A program made the position numbers and the translations under genes. Shown here one piece after another: positions 38,991 through 47,936 of a stretch of DNA of 64,000 nt. Each line of letters opens with the position of its first letter. Position 1 is the first letter of the stretch. The notes below the pieces were generated by a model. That model was given only the letters and a program-made list of their open reading frames with translations. It searched no databases and had not been told where the DNA came from. Origin of the DNA: Candidatus Latescibacterota bacterium (lineage in GTDB: Bacteria; Latescibacterota; UBA2968; UBA8231); the NCBI GenBank assembly GCA_965200315.1, contig OZ241362.1, positions 1 to 64,000 on the forward strand, given 5' to 3'.

Positions 38991-39761
38991 TCAGCGGCCG
39001 ACGATGGCCGACGAAAAGGTGAGAATCCCGAACCGGGTGGCGCGGTGGAAGTCGGCTACGGGCGTGCCGGTATCGGACCACAGCCCAAATTGGCCTTGGT
39101 AGCCCTTGGTGCGGTTGAGTCCGGCGCGCCATTGGTCGCCGTCTTGGGGCGGGATCTGCCCACCCAAGTGGCGGAAGTTGTCGTGCGGGATGGAGATTTC
39201 GAGGATCCAGCTTTGGTCGGTGTCCGCGTGGTCGTTGAGGGTGCCGTCGTAGGTTGTGGCAATGACCACGCCTTCGCTCTGCCAAGACGGGTGAATGGCC
39301 TTGGTGCGCTCCTTGCCGCCGCGGAAGGCGATGTAGTCGAGCAGCGTGCCGTTGATGTTCATCTCATAGCCATAGTAGTTGCCGGGGACTTCCATGTTGG
39401 GGGAGGCGAAAATTTCGACGGCGTCCTCTTGGTACACCGCTCCGTCGTGCTCGGTTACTTCTGAGTGCAGATACGGATCGACGCACTCGTAGATGATGTA
39501 GAGGTTGTCGTCGTCCCAGAGCAAGCGTGCCGTTGTGGATTGTGGTTGCTCTTTTTCGAGGTCGCTCCAAGGCATTACAAAGGCAATGGGCGCGGCGTGT
39601 TGCCAGTCGGATTCGTCTAAGCGACCATCGACTTGAATCCCTTGGTCGGTGCGGAGGACCTCGTAGGTGGGTAGCTCGTCAGGCGGGGCTTGGAAGCGGG
39701 TGTTCTCTTGGGCGCTGGCAGAGCCAGCAAAGGCGAGGGCGAAGAGCAGGCTGTAGAGCAT
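38991..39761 (-). CDS. Secreted carbohydrate-binding family 9-like (DOMON) protein
   Basis: Signal peptide; VDGRLDESDW, LLWDDDNLY, EDAVEIF, WILEISIP. Confidence 0.85.
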   Translation of the reverse strand: MLYSLLFALAFAGSASAQENTRFQAPPDELPTYEVLRTDQGIQVDGRLDESDWQHAAPIAFVMPWSDLEKEQPQSTTARLLWDDDNLYIIYECVDPYLHSEVTEHDGAVYQEDAVEIFASPNMEVPGNYYGYEMNINGTLLDYIAFRGGKERTKAIHPSWQSEGVVIATTYDGTLNDHADTDQSWILEISIPHDNFRHLGGQIPPQDGDQWRAGLNRTKGYQGQFGLWSDTGTPVADFHRATRFGILTFSSAIVGR

Positions 39762-39772
39762 GGTCAATCCTT

Positions 39773-40243
39773 TCACTGAAGGCAGGGTGTTTCCCCGCGT
39801 GAAAATGCTTGGGCGATCTGGTCGCAGCGTTCGTTGTCTGGGTCGCCGGCGTGGCCTTGGGTGTACTGCCACTCGATGGTGGGTGTATTGAGTTGGTCCA
39901 GGGTGCGCCACAGGTCTTGGTTGAGCACGGGCTTTTGCGCGGCCGTGCGCCAGCCGCGCCGCTTCCAGCCGTGAATCCACTCGGTAATGCCCTTGCGCAG
40001 GTACTCGCTGTCTGTAACGAGCGTGATAGCGATGGCGGATGGGACGGCGCGGAGACCTTCGATGGCCGCTTGTAATTCCATGCGGTTGTTTGTGGTGTCC
40101 GGCGCAAAGCCGCCCAATTCCACGACGCGGCCATCGCCGTAGAGCAGCCGCGCTGCCCAGCCGCCTGGCCCCGGGTTGAACGAACAGGCGCCGTCGGTGA
40201 AAATGGTCACTGTTTGTGCGGGATTGGATTGCTGTTGTATCAC
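39773..40243 (-). CDS. rnhA: Ribonuclease HI
   Basis: FTDGACSFNPGPGGW, TTNNRMEL, TDSEY, NQDLW, GHAG..NERCD. Confidence 0.96.
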   Translation of the reverse strand: MIQQQSNPAQTVTIFTDGACSFNPGPGGWAARLLYGDGRVVELGGFAPDTTNNRMELQAAIEGLRAVPSAIAITLVTDSEYLRKGITEWIHGWKRRGWRTAAQKPVLNQDLWRTLDQLNTPTIEWQYTQGHAGDPDNERCDQIAQAFSRGETPCLQ

Positions 40244-40395
40244 AGGATTTGCCTTTATTTTCGATGAGCCGCTAGTTTGGCTACAATAAAACATGGCGCG
40301 AATAAGGGCAATCGAGGCGGGTATTCGCGGTTATTTGTGCCCAAGGTGATTGCTTTTACATTAGGGGATTCTTTTGAATGGAGGCTGCTAGGTAG

Positions 40396-40492
40396 GAGAT
40401 GCTTCGCCTCCACTACGTTGCGGCTCAGCATGATAGACCGGGAGGTCCGCTCCTGTCATGCTGAGCGGAGCGCAGCGAAGTCGAAGCATCTC
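40396..40492. repeat. REP-like inverted pair (palindromic intergenic element)
   Basis: GAGATGCTTCG...GCTCAGCATGA / TCATGCTGAGC...CGAAGCATCTC inverted arms. Confidence 0.75.
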
Positions 40493-40539
40493 ATGCCTAG
40501 GGGGCCGATGAGTAACGTCAATTAGAAAGAAAATGCAAT

Positions 40540-41934
40540 ATGGCAACGTATGATGTGGTAGTTATCGGCGGTGGCCCCGGCGGGTATTCAGCCGCCATTC
40601 GGGCGCGGCAGTTGGGGTTAAAAACCGCGCTGATCGAAGATGCCGAGTTGGGCGGCACCTGTCTCAATTGGGGCTGCATTCCCACTAAGGCTCTGCTCAA
40701 GCAAGCCGAAGTGTATCAGCTTTTCTCGCGCGCCGACGAGTTCGGCTTGCGCGTTGATAAGCCGGCCGTGGATTGGGATGCGGTCATTAGCCGCAGCCGC
40801 GAGGTAGCAGCGCAGTTGTCCAAAGGCGTGGCGTATTTGATGCAGAAGAATCAAGTCGAGGTGTTCGCCGGCCGGGGCCGGTTGACGCCCAACCGCCAAG
40901 TTGCGGTCGAGGGTGCCGAAAGCGAGGTCGTGGCCGAGTTGGACGCCGCGCACGTGGTGCTGGCCACTGGTGCCCGCCCCAAATCCATTCGAGGCGTGGA
41001 ATTCGACGGCGAGCGGATCATCGCCAGCCGCGAGGCCATGATCGTCGCCGAACAGCCCGCTTCTCTCGCCATCATCGGGGCCGGGGCCATTGGCGTAGAA
41101 TTTGCCTATTTCTACCGCGCCTTTGGCAGCCGCGTCTTGCTGTTGGAAGCCCTGCCCCAGGTCTTGCCGCGCGAAGACGAAGAGATCGCCGCGGGGCTAG
41201 CCGAGAGTTTGACACGGCAGGGTATTGAAGTGGTGACCCAAGCCCGGGTCGAGGAGGTCAAAAGACAAAAGCGCGGGGTTGCGTTGCGCTACCGGGTTGG
41301 CGAAGAGCAAAAGACGCGGCGAGTGGAGCGAGTACTGGTTGCCACTGGCGTCCAAGGCAATATCGAGGGGCTGGGGTTAGAAGCGCTGGGCATCCGCACC
41401 CGCGACGGCGCGATTGTGGTTGATGAGCGGATGCAGACCAGTGCCAAGGGCATCTACGCGATTGGCGATGTGGCCGGCCCGCCGCTGTTGGCGCATGCGG
41501 CCGCGCAGGAAGGGATCGCGGCCGTCGAGTTTATAGCTGGCCGCGACCGGCCCACTTTGGACCCGCGCCAAGTGCCCAACTGCATCTATTGCCAGCCGCA
41601 AGTAGCCAGCGTCGGCCTGAGCGAAAGCCAAGCGCGCGAAGCTGGGTACGACGTCAAGGTGGGGCGCTTTCCGTTTGCCGCCAGTGGTAAGGCGCAAGCG
41701 GCCGGGGAGACTGAAGGACTGGTCAAGCTGGTTTTTGATGTGCGTTACGGTGAGTTGTTGGGTGGGGCTATTTTAGGGGCCGAGGCCACGGAATTGATCG
41801 CCGAGCTGACGCTGGCCCTCCGGCTCGAAGCCACATACGAAGAGCTGTTGCTGACCTCTCATGCCCATCCGACGCTGTCCGAGGCCGTGATGGAAGCGGC
41901 CGGGCAGGCGTTTGGTGAGGCTATTAACTATTAA
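40540..41934 (+). CDS. lpdA: Dihydrolipoyl dehydrogenase
   Basis: GGGPGGY, GGTCLNWGCIPTK, GAGAIG, HAHPTLSE. Confidence 0.96.
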   Translation: MATYDVVVIGGGPGGYSAAIRARQLGLKTALIEDAELGGTCLNWGCIPTKALLKQAEVYQLFSRADEFGLRVDKPAVDWDAVISRSREVAAQLSKGVAYLMQKNQVEVFAGRGRLTPNRQVAVEGAESEVVAELDAAHVVLATGARPKSIRGVEFDGERIIASREAMIVAEQPASLAIIGAGAIGVEFAYFYRAFGSRVLLLEALPQVLPREDEEIAAGLAESLTRQGIEVVTQARVEEVKRQKRGVALRYRVGEEQKTRRVERVLVATGVQGNIEGLGLEALGIRTRDGAIVVDERMQTSAKGIYAIGDVAGPPLLAHAAAQEGIAAVEFIAGRDRPTLDPRQVPNCIYCQPQVASVGLSESQAREAGYDVKVGRFPFAASGKAQAAGETEGLVKLVFDVRYGELLGGAILGAEATELIAELTLALRLEATYEELLLTSHAHPTLSEAVMEAAGQAFGEAINY

Positions 41935-41945
41935 GAATTAGGAAT

Positions 41946-43175
41946 TTGGTAGTGGGGAATGTAGAGTCGCATGGCATAGAGCCCCCTGAGTTGCCACCGT
42001 TGGACCAGCTCCTGCCAGCCGAGCCGCTGCTGCTGATGGGGGCTGGGCCGGTGCCGGTGGCGACGGAGATCGCGCGGGCCGGCGGCATGGTCATCAACCA
42101 CTTGGGGCCGACGATGGATCGGCTGGTCGAGCACATCAAGCAACTGGCCGGTTATGCTTTTCAGACGGCCGACAAACACATCTTGGGGATTGGAGGACCG
42201 GCGTCGGCAGCCATGGAGATGGCGATGGGCAATCTGCTTTGGCCGGGCCGTCGCGCCTTGGTGCTGCAAAACGGTTGGTTTAGCGGGCGCTTTGCCGAAA
42301 TGGCGGCTGGTGTGGGGGCGGAGGTTGAGGTGCTGGCCGTGCCGGAAGGGCAAGCGGTCTGCGCCGAGCGCGTGGCCGAGCGCCTCAAGAGTCGGTGCTA
42401 CGACGTGGTGACGATGGTGCAGGGCGAGACCTCGAGCGGCGTCTGCACCGTTGAGCTGCCGGCGATTGCCCGCTTGTGCCGCGAGCACGGGGCGCTGGCA
42501 GTCGTCGATGCGGTCTGCACCTTGAGCACCATGCCGTTAGAAAAGGATGCTTGGGGCGTTGACGTGGTTTTCACCGGCAGCCAGAAGGGCCTGTCGTCGC
42601 TGCCGGGCGTGGCGCTGATTGCCTTTTCCGACGCGGCTTGGGAGCAGGTGCAACAGCATTCCGGCCCTAGGCCGCACTGGTGTTTGGACGCTTTGCGGGC
42701 AGAAAACTTTTGGCAGCACCACCAGTACCACTACACGGCCCCGGTCTCGGGGCTGTTGGCCCTGCACGAGGCCCTGCGGCTGGTCTGCGAGGAGACGCTG
42801 GAGCGCCGCTTTGCGCGGCACCGGCACTCGTCGCTGGCCCTGCAAGCTGGCATTGAGCAGATGGGACTGGTGCTGGCCGCGTCGCGTCGCATTCGCCTCA
42901 ACTCGGTGGTGGCAATCCAAGTACCCGCTGGGGTAGATAACGCTCGGGTGCGCGCCGATATGTCGAGCCGCTTCCACGTCGAAATTTCCGGGGCCTTTGG
43001 CCTCGACATTGTGCGCATTGGCCAGATGGGCGAGCAGTGCCGAGCACCCCATCTATTCCGCGTGTTGCACGCTTTGGGCGGTGCCCTAGCGCACGAAGGG
43101 GCCTGTGTGGATACTAGCGCGGGTATGGCGGCGTTGGAAAGCTATTTGGCGGGCTATGCGGACGATTTGATGTGA
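41946..43175 (+). CDS. Class V PLP aminotransferase (alanine-glyoxylate/serine-pyruvate type)
   Basis: LLMGAGP, VQGETSSGV, VVDAVCT, GSQKGL, RIGQMG. Confidence 0.92.
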   Translation: MVVGNVESHGIEPPELPPLDQLLPAEPLLLMGAGPVPVATEIARAGGMVINHLGPTMDRLVEHIKQLAGYAFQTADKHILGIGGPASAAMEMAMGNLLWPGRRALVLQNGWFSGRFAEMAAGVGAEVEVLAVPEGQAVCAERVAERLKSRCYDVVTMVQGETSSGVCTVELPAIARLCREHGALAVVDAVCTLSTMPLEKDAWGVDVVFTGSQKGLSSLPGVALIAFSDAAWEQVQQHSGPRPHWCLDALRAENFWQHHQYHYTAPVSGLLALHEALRLVCEETLERRFARHRHSSLALQAGIEQMGLVLAASRRIRLNSVVAIQVPAGVDNARVRADMSSRFHVEISGAFGLDIVRIGQMGEQCRAPHLFRVLHALGGALAHEGACVDTSAGMAALESYLAGYADDLM

Positions 43176-43280
43176 GTTTATAGATTCTTGCTCGCCGCTA
43201 TCCGTTTGCGTATTTTTTTAAGTATCTTTGCACTCAAAAGGATATCGTCGTATACAACAGAGAGAACGGAGAGATAAAGC

Positions 43281-46200
43281 ATGAATGCACGGTTGATTCA
43301 GGAGCAAATTCCGCTTGACAGTCAGGTCAAATTTGTTCTACAAGGTGGCGAAGACATATCGGGCAAGTTGGTAGAAATCGGGCGGGAGCATCTCAAAATT
43401 GAAGTCGGAGAAAACCAATCCCCAGTCACGATTCCCATTGATCGGGTTAGCTATTGGCAGCCCCTGACAGATACCTCGCAAAATGGACAAAATGGCAAGC
43501 CAGTTCTGTCTCCTAAAGCCAGCGTCAATTCTCAGCCCAGCAAGCCTTCGGATGAGGTACTTTCCGATGGATTAGCTACTGAGGAAAAGCCCGAGACTAC
43601 TGATCGAGTTGAAAATCTGGGAGACAGTGCGTTATCGGGTGCCAAAATTGAGCTCGAAAAAAAGCTGGTCGAAATTGAAACGCGATTTCAGGCCAAATGC
43701 CAGAGTGCGAAAATCGAGCTTAAAGAACCAGATTTCAAGTTTCCAGAAAAGGAACTAGGTAACAAGTCAAAGAGAGACGCTAGCAAGATATGGAATCGAA
43801 TCCAAAACACGTACCAAAATGCCAAAAGAATTAATGAGTTAAGTAAAAAATTTGGTCGAATTCAGCCGATTATTATCGATCTCAAGAATTTGGCAAATAG
43901 TTTTAGGAGTTCGGCAAGCATAAAACGGCACCTCGCATACTTATATACAGTTTCTGGAAACCAGCAGGACGCGCTCAGGTGGTATCGAGAAACAGCAATC
44001 TATTCACGACATGAGACCGATTGGTATAATCTTGCTGTAGTCGCTCGTGAAGCCGCAAACGAGGAGCTTGCTTGCTATAGTTTGGGTCAGGTTTTCCAGC
44101 GATTGCCGCTTACCAATGAACAGGAGGCTTGGTATTTGTATGTACATCTATTGCTCAAATTCAATGGTCATAAAGAGTTGGACTTGCTCTATCAAGCTGA
44201 AATTTCGCTCCTGTCGGAAACGGCGGTTTATCTTCTCAAAATGGCTGGCCAAGAAACGACTGCAAGAGAAATCTTGAGAAAATCCATAACTGGTGAGATT
44301 TCAATTTCTTCTATTCAGAAGACTCTGAACGCTCTTGACTGGCAGCCGACAGAAGGTTATCAGAGGGTTGCCAAAAAGATTGAAGATTTGATGAAGGCAC
44401 CGCAGGATACTGAAGACCAACCACAACAAGATCATAGCCCTAAAGACAAATCCTATAGACGCTCTAGTTTTATACATCGTCAAAAGAAAACGGGATATTT
44501 TGAAGAATCTCAAGATACAAATAAGACGATTCAGGACTGGTACGAACTTGCTGAAAGAGCGGCGAACGATGGAGATTATGGAAAAGCGATTTCGCACATA
44601 AGACAGGTTCTTGGCATTAATAAGAACTACCCAAATGCACTGGAAAACTACGAGAAATGGCGCGAATACGAACGAGTAAGAGGTGTTCCAAAGGGAGCAA
44701 ACCCCTTCGCTCGTGCCAAACGTGCTCAGTTAGTTGAGAAGGATTTGGAAAAGGCTGAGAATTTCTTTCGCCAAGCTATCACACAAAATGACAATTTGGA
44801 ATCCGCCGTAAACGATTTAGCAGCACTTCTTTCGCAACTTGACCGCTGCCAAGATGCTGTTAAAGTTATTGAACAGAATCGTTCGCGAATTCAAAATAAG
44901 AAATCATTAGAAAACGTGCTGACTAATATTTACATAAAAGCTGATATGCATGTCGAGGCGATTGCACTTTTAAAAAAACAACTCAAACTTGCGTCATCAA
45001 AAGAAAAAAAGGATCAAATTAAGTGGCAGATTGCGATTTCTTATGTGAAAAAAGAAGAGTATGTAAAACCTGAGGAACTATTCAGAGATATTCTTAAAAG
45101 TCAACCAGATCGTGTTTCTGCTAAACACAACCTTGCTTTATGTCTGTCAAGGCAGGGACGCTATGGCGAAGCTGAAGTACTACTCAATCAAATTTCAGCC
45201 ATTTCATCAGATGAGAAAACCGCCGAACTGCTTGCTGCCGTTCTGCGAGCTAAACAGACTGGCGGAAGAGAACTTCTTGATGAGGTTGTGATTGAGACAG
45301 AGCTTTCAGATTATTCAAGTGGTCAAATCAGTGCATTTACTCAGTTTTTTTTAGATCGCTGTGATTTCACAGGTGTACCACCCGAGCGAGTTCAATCAGA
45401 GAGATTCTGGCGTTCGGATATAGTTACCTTGGAACACCGAGCAACACAGTCGAAATCATATAGACCATCTGAGCGTGCAAGGTATTACCTTTCTGCTGCC
45501 AAAATCATCTCAATTTTGGAAGATGAAGCCCCCGACAGATTTTATAGAGATCTATGTAGAAGTTTCGCCTCCAGAGGAGACGATACAATAATTAATAATG
45601 GACACTTGGACACAGCTCGAGAATGGTATGCCGAAGCACTTAAAGTTTATGATGGAGATAGAGAGCGAAATAATAATATTAGAGACGAACTGGATGCCGT
45701 TAATGCTCTCGTCAGATTTCTTTATGCACGGTTGGGACGTACTCATATACCAATGCCGCCTCATACCCCTTCTATTGATAATACAATAAACGAGGTTATA
45801 TCCCTTGCTGATTCCCAAGGGATATTTGATGACATCAGGTATCTCGTTTTCCGTAGCAAATATGCGGCAAATCGTCTGTTAATACGTCTATACGACCAGC
45901 AGGATTTACGGAAAAAGGCTCTACAGTACCTCAGAGACAAAGATGTTTATAAGACTGATTCCGATCTTTCAAGGGGTAATTTTATATCCCTGTGGGATCA
46001 ATTGATCGATAGACTTGCCAGTGACACACGAAATCTTAACAACGATTTACGTCACTTCAATAACTTTCAATTGACAACAGCTTGGCTAGAACATGCTATT
46101 GAGCAGTCCAAGAGTATCGTCGATAAACTAAGATTTGACCTCGATCAAGAACGAATTCGACATCTACAGGAAATGTTGGAACAAGTCGTAGAATTGTGTA

Positions 46201-47936
46201 AACAAAACCAATTTGAAGTGCAAGAACGTCTGTGTCAGCGGATTGACCATTCTTGTCGTGACTTGCTATCAGAGGTTGAAAAGAGTCCCACCCGAATATC
46301 TGTGGAGATGCTTTATCCAGTTGTTGAGAACATCCAGACAGAAATCAGTAAATATCTCAAAGAACTTTATGCGAAGGCAAAGCCCGAACTCACTTTGAGC
46401 ATGCCTGTCGAAGATTACTCTGCTCACCAAGCAGATATTGAGATAGAGATTGTTATCGAAAATAAATTAGGGTGCAGTCCTGCCGAAGGGCTCGAACTTA
46501 TTATCGAACCAGATAATGCATTATTTACTCTTGTCCAGTCCAAAATAGAATTGAACGAATCTCTGTTAGGTGGGAGACCGAGCAATTTTACAGTTAAACT
46601 ACAACTAACAAACCAAGCGTTACAGTCGGAAACTTTTTCGTTGTCAGCTCATGTAAGGTATCGAACTTCGGCCAAAGCAACGGAGAGAACGGATACCACG
46701 AACTTCACAATACGGCTTTATTCAGTAGATGCTTTTGAGACGATTATCAATCCGTATAATGAAGGTCCTGTTGTTAGTGATCCAAAGATGTTTTATGGAC
46801 GCGATCGAATGATTGAAAATATAGCAAATTCTCTGAGAGAATCTCATACGCAAAATAAATGTGTTGTAATATATGGTCAGAAGCGAGCAGGCAAATCTTC
46901 AATAATGTATCACTTAGAAAGGAAGTTGAATGAACGAAATATCTTGATTTTGGACTTGGGCAATATTGGAGGACACCTAGATGAAAATTCTGATGTACCG
47001 TTTTCGTATCGAATTTTTTGGTCTATTTTGAGTTTACTAGAAGGAGCTATAGAAGATAGAGTAGATACCGGTGCCAGTTCGTTGGGGATTTCTTTTCCAA
47101 GTGAAACAGATTTCTATAAACATCCAACCCCCTTGATCTTATTCAAAGAGGTGTTCGCTAAATATCAATATCTTGCATCCAAGCAGGCAGATTGGCGAGA
47201 TATACAATTGGTACTTTTCATTGACGAATTTTCTTATATCTACGGACAAATCCTCTCGGGTCACATCTCCGAATCATTCATGAAAAATTGGAAGGCTTTG
47301 ATGCAAGCCAACTATTTTAATGCCGTACTTGTCGGTCAAGATGTGATGGAGCGATTTATAGAGAACTTTCAGAACGAATTCGGAATCGCTCAGACGGAGA
47401 GAGTCACATATCTCGACAAGGAAGACGCGGAAAAGCTAATTGATGAACCCATTCGCATTGGTGGATTGCAAGGCGAAAGCCGTTACCGTGAACGGCATGC
47501 TATTGATAGAATTATTGAACTCACCGCCGGCAGTCCATTTTACATTCAGATGCTCTGCAACCGCTTAGTTGAACATCTAAACCTAAAGCGAGCAGTTTAC
47601 ATCACGTATTCTTACGTCGAGCAGGTAAAGAACGAACTTATGAGCGGGCGGAATGCTCTGGGAAAGAGCAATTTTGAGAACTTGTATAATTCGGGAGAAA
47701 ACAACCAAAGCAAAGATGACGATGTGCTAAACATCTTACAGGCCATTGCAGTGCATAGCCAAACGGGACCATGCAATCGGAGCCACATTGATTGCAAAAC
47801 ACAGTTACCAGTTGACCACCTGCTCAATGAATTGGTTACGCGAGATGTCATAGATCGGAAGGGAAGTTATTACACCATCAAGGTTGGTCTTTTCAAAGAA
47901 TGGCTTCTCATTCATAGGGCAGGAGAAACTCGATGA
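43281..47936 (+). CDS. Large Sm/Hfq-like + TPR + STAND-type AAA NTPase protein
   Basis: N-terminal VKFVLQGGEDISGKLVEIGREHLKIE..VTIPIDRV; multiple TPR-like helices; FYGR, GQKRAGKS (46875), FIDEF, TAGSPF (GxP); AT-rich. Confidence 0.85.
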   Translation: MNARLIQEQIPLDSQVKFVLQGGEDISGKLVEIGREHLKIEVGENQSPVTIPIDRVSYWQPLTDTSQNGQNGKPVLSPKASVNSQPSKPSDEVLSDGLATEEKPETTDRVENLGDSALSGAKIELEKKLVEIETRFQAKCQSAKIELKEPDFKFPEKELGNKSKRDASKIWNRIQNTYQNAKRINELSKKFGRIQPIIIDLKNLANSFRSSASIKRHLAYLYTVSGNQQDALRWYRETAIYSRHETDWYNLAVVAREAANEELACYSLGQVFQRLPLTNEQEAWYLYVHLLLKFNGHKELDLLYQAEISLLSETAVYLLKMAGQETTAREILRKSITGEISISSIQKTLNALDWQPTEGYQRVAKKIEDLMKAPQDTEDQPQQDHSPKDKSYRRSSFIHRQKKTGYFEESQDTNKTIQDWYELAERAANDGDYGKAISHIRQVLGINKNYPNALENYEKWREYERVRGVPKGANPFARAKRAQLVEKDLEKAENFFRQAITQNDNLESAVNDLAALLSQLDRCQDAVKVIEQNRSRIQNKKSLENVLTNIYIKADMHVEAIALLKKQLKLASSKEKKDQIKWQIAISYVKKEEYVKPEELFRDILKSQPDRVSAKHNLALCLSRQGRYGEAEVLLNQISAISSDEKTAELLAAVLRAKQTGGRELLDEVVIETELSDYSSGQISAFTQFFLDRCDFTGVPPERVQSERFWRSDIVTLEHRATQSKSYRPSERARYYLSAAKIISILEDEAPDRFYRDLCRSFASRGDDTIINNGHLDTAREWYAEALKVYDGDRERNNNIRDELDAVNALVRFLYARLGRTHIPMPPHTPSIDNTINEVISLADSQGIFDDIRYLVFRSKYAANRLLIRLYDQQDLRKKALQYLRDKDVYKTDSDLSRGNFISLWDQLIDRLASDTRNLNNDLRHFNNFQLTTAWLEHAIEQSKSIVDKLRFDLDQERIRHLQEMLEQVVELCKQNQFEVQERLCQRIDHSCRDLLSEVEKSPTRISVEMLYPVVENIQTEISKYLKELYAKAKPELTLSMPVEDYSAHQADIEIEIVIENKLGCSPAEGLELIIEPDNALFTLVQSKIELNESLLGGRPSNFTVKLQLTNQALQSETFSLSAHVRYRTSAKATERTDTTNFTIRLYSVDAFETIINPYNEGPVVSDPKMFYGRDRMIENIANSLRESHTQNKCVVIYGQKRAGKSSIMYHLERKLNERNILILDLGNIGGHLDENSDVPFSYRIFWSILSLLEGAIEDRVDTGASSLGISFPSETDFYKHPTPLILFKEVFAKYQYLASKQADWRDIQLVLFIDEFSYIYGQILSGHISESFMKNWKALMQANYFNAVLVGQDVMERFIENFQNEFGIAQTERVTYLDKEDAEKLIDEPIRIGGLQGESRYRERHAIDRIIELTAGSPFYIQMLCNRLVEHLNLKRAVYITYSYVEQVKNELMSGRNALGKSNFENLYNSGENNQSKDDDVLNILQAIAVHSQTGPCNRSHIDCKTQLPVDHLLNELVTRDVIDRKGSYYTIKVGLFKEWLLIHRAGETR

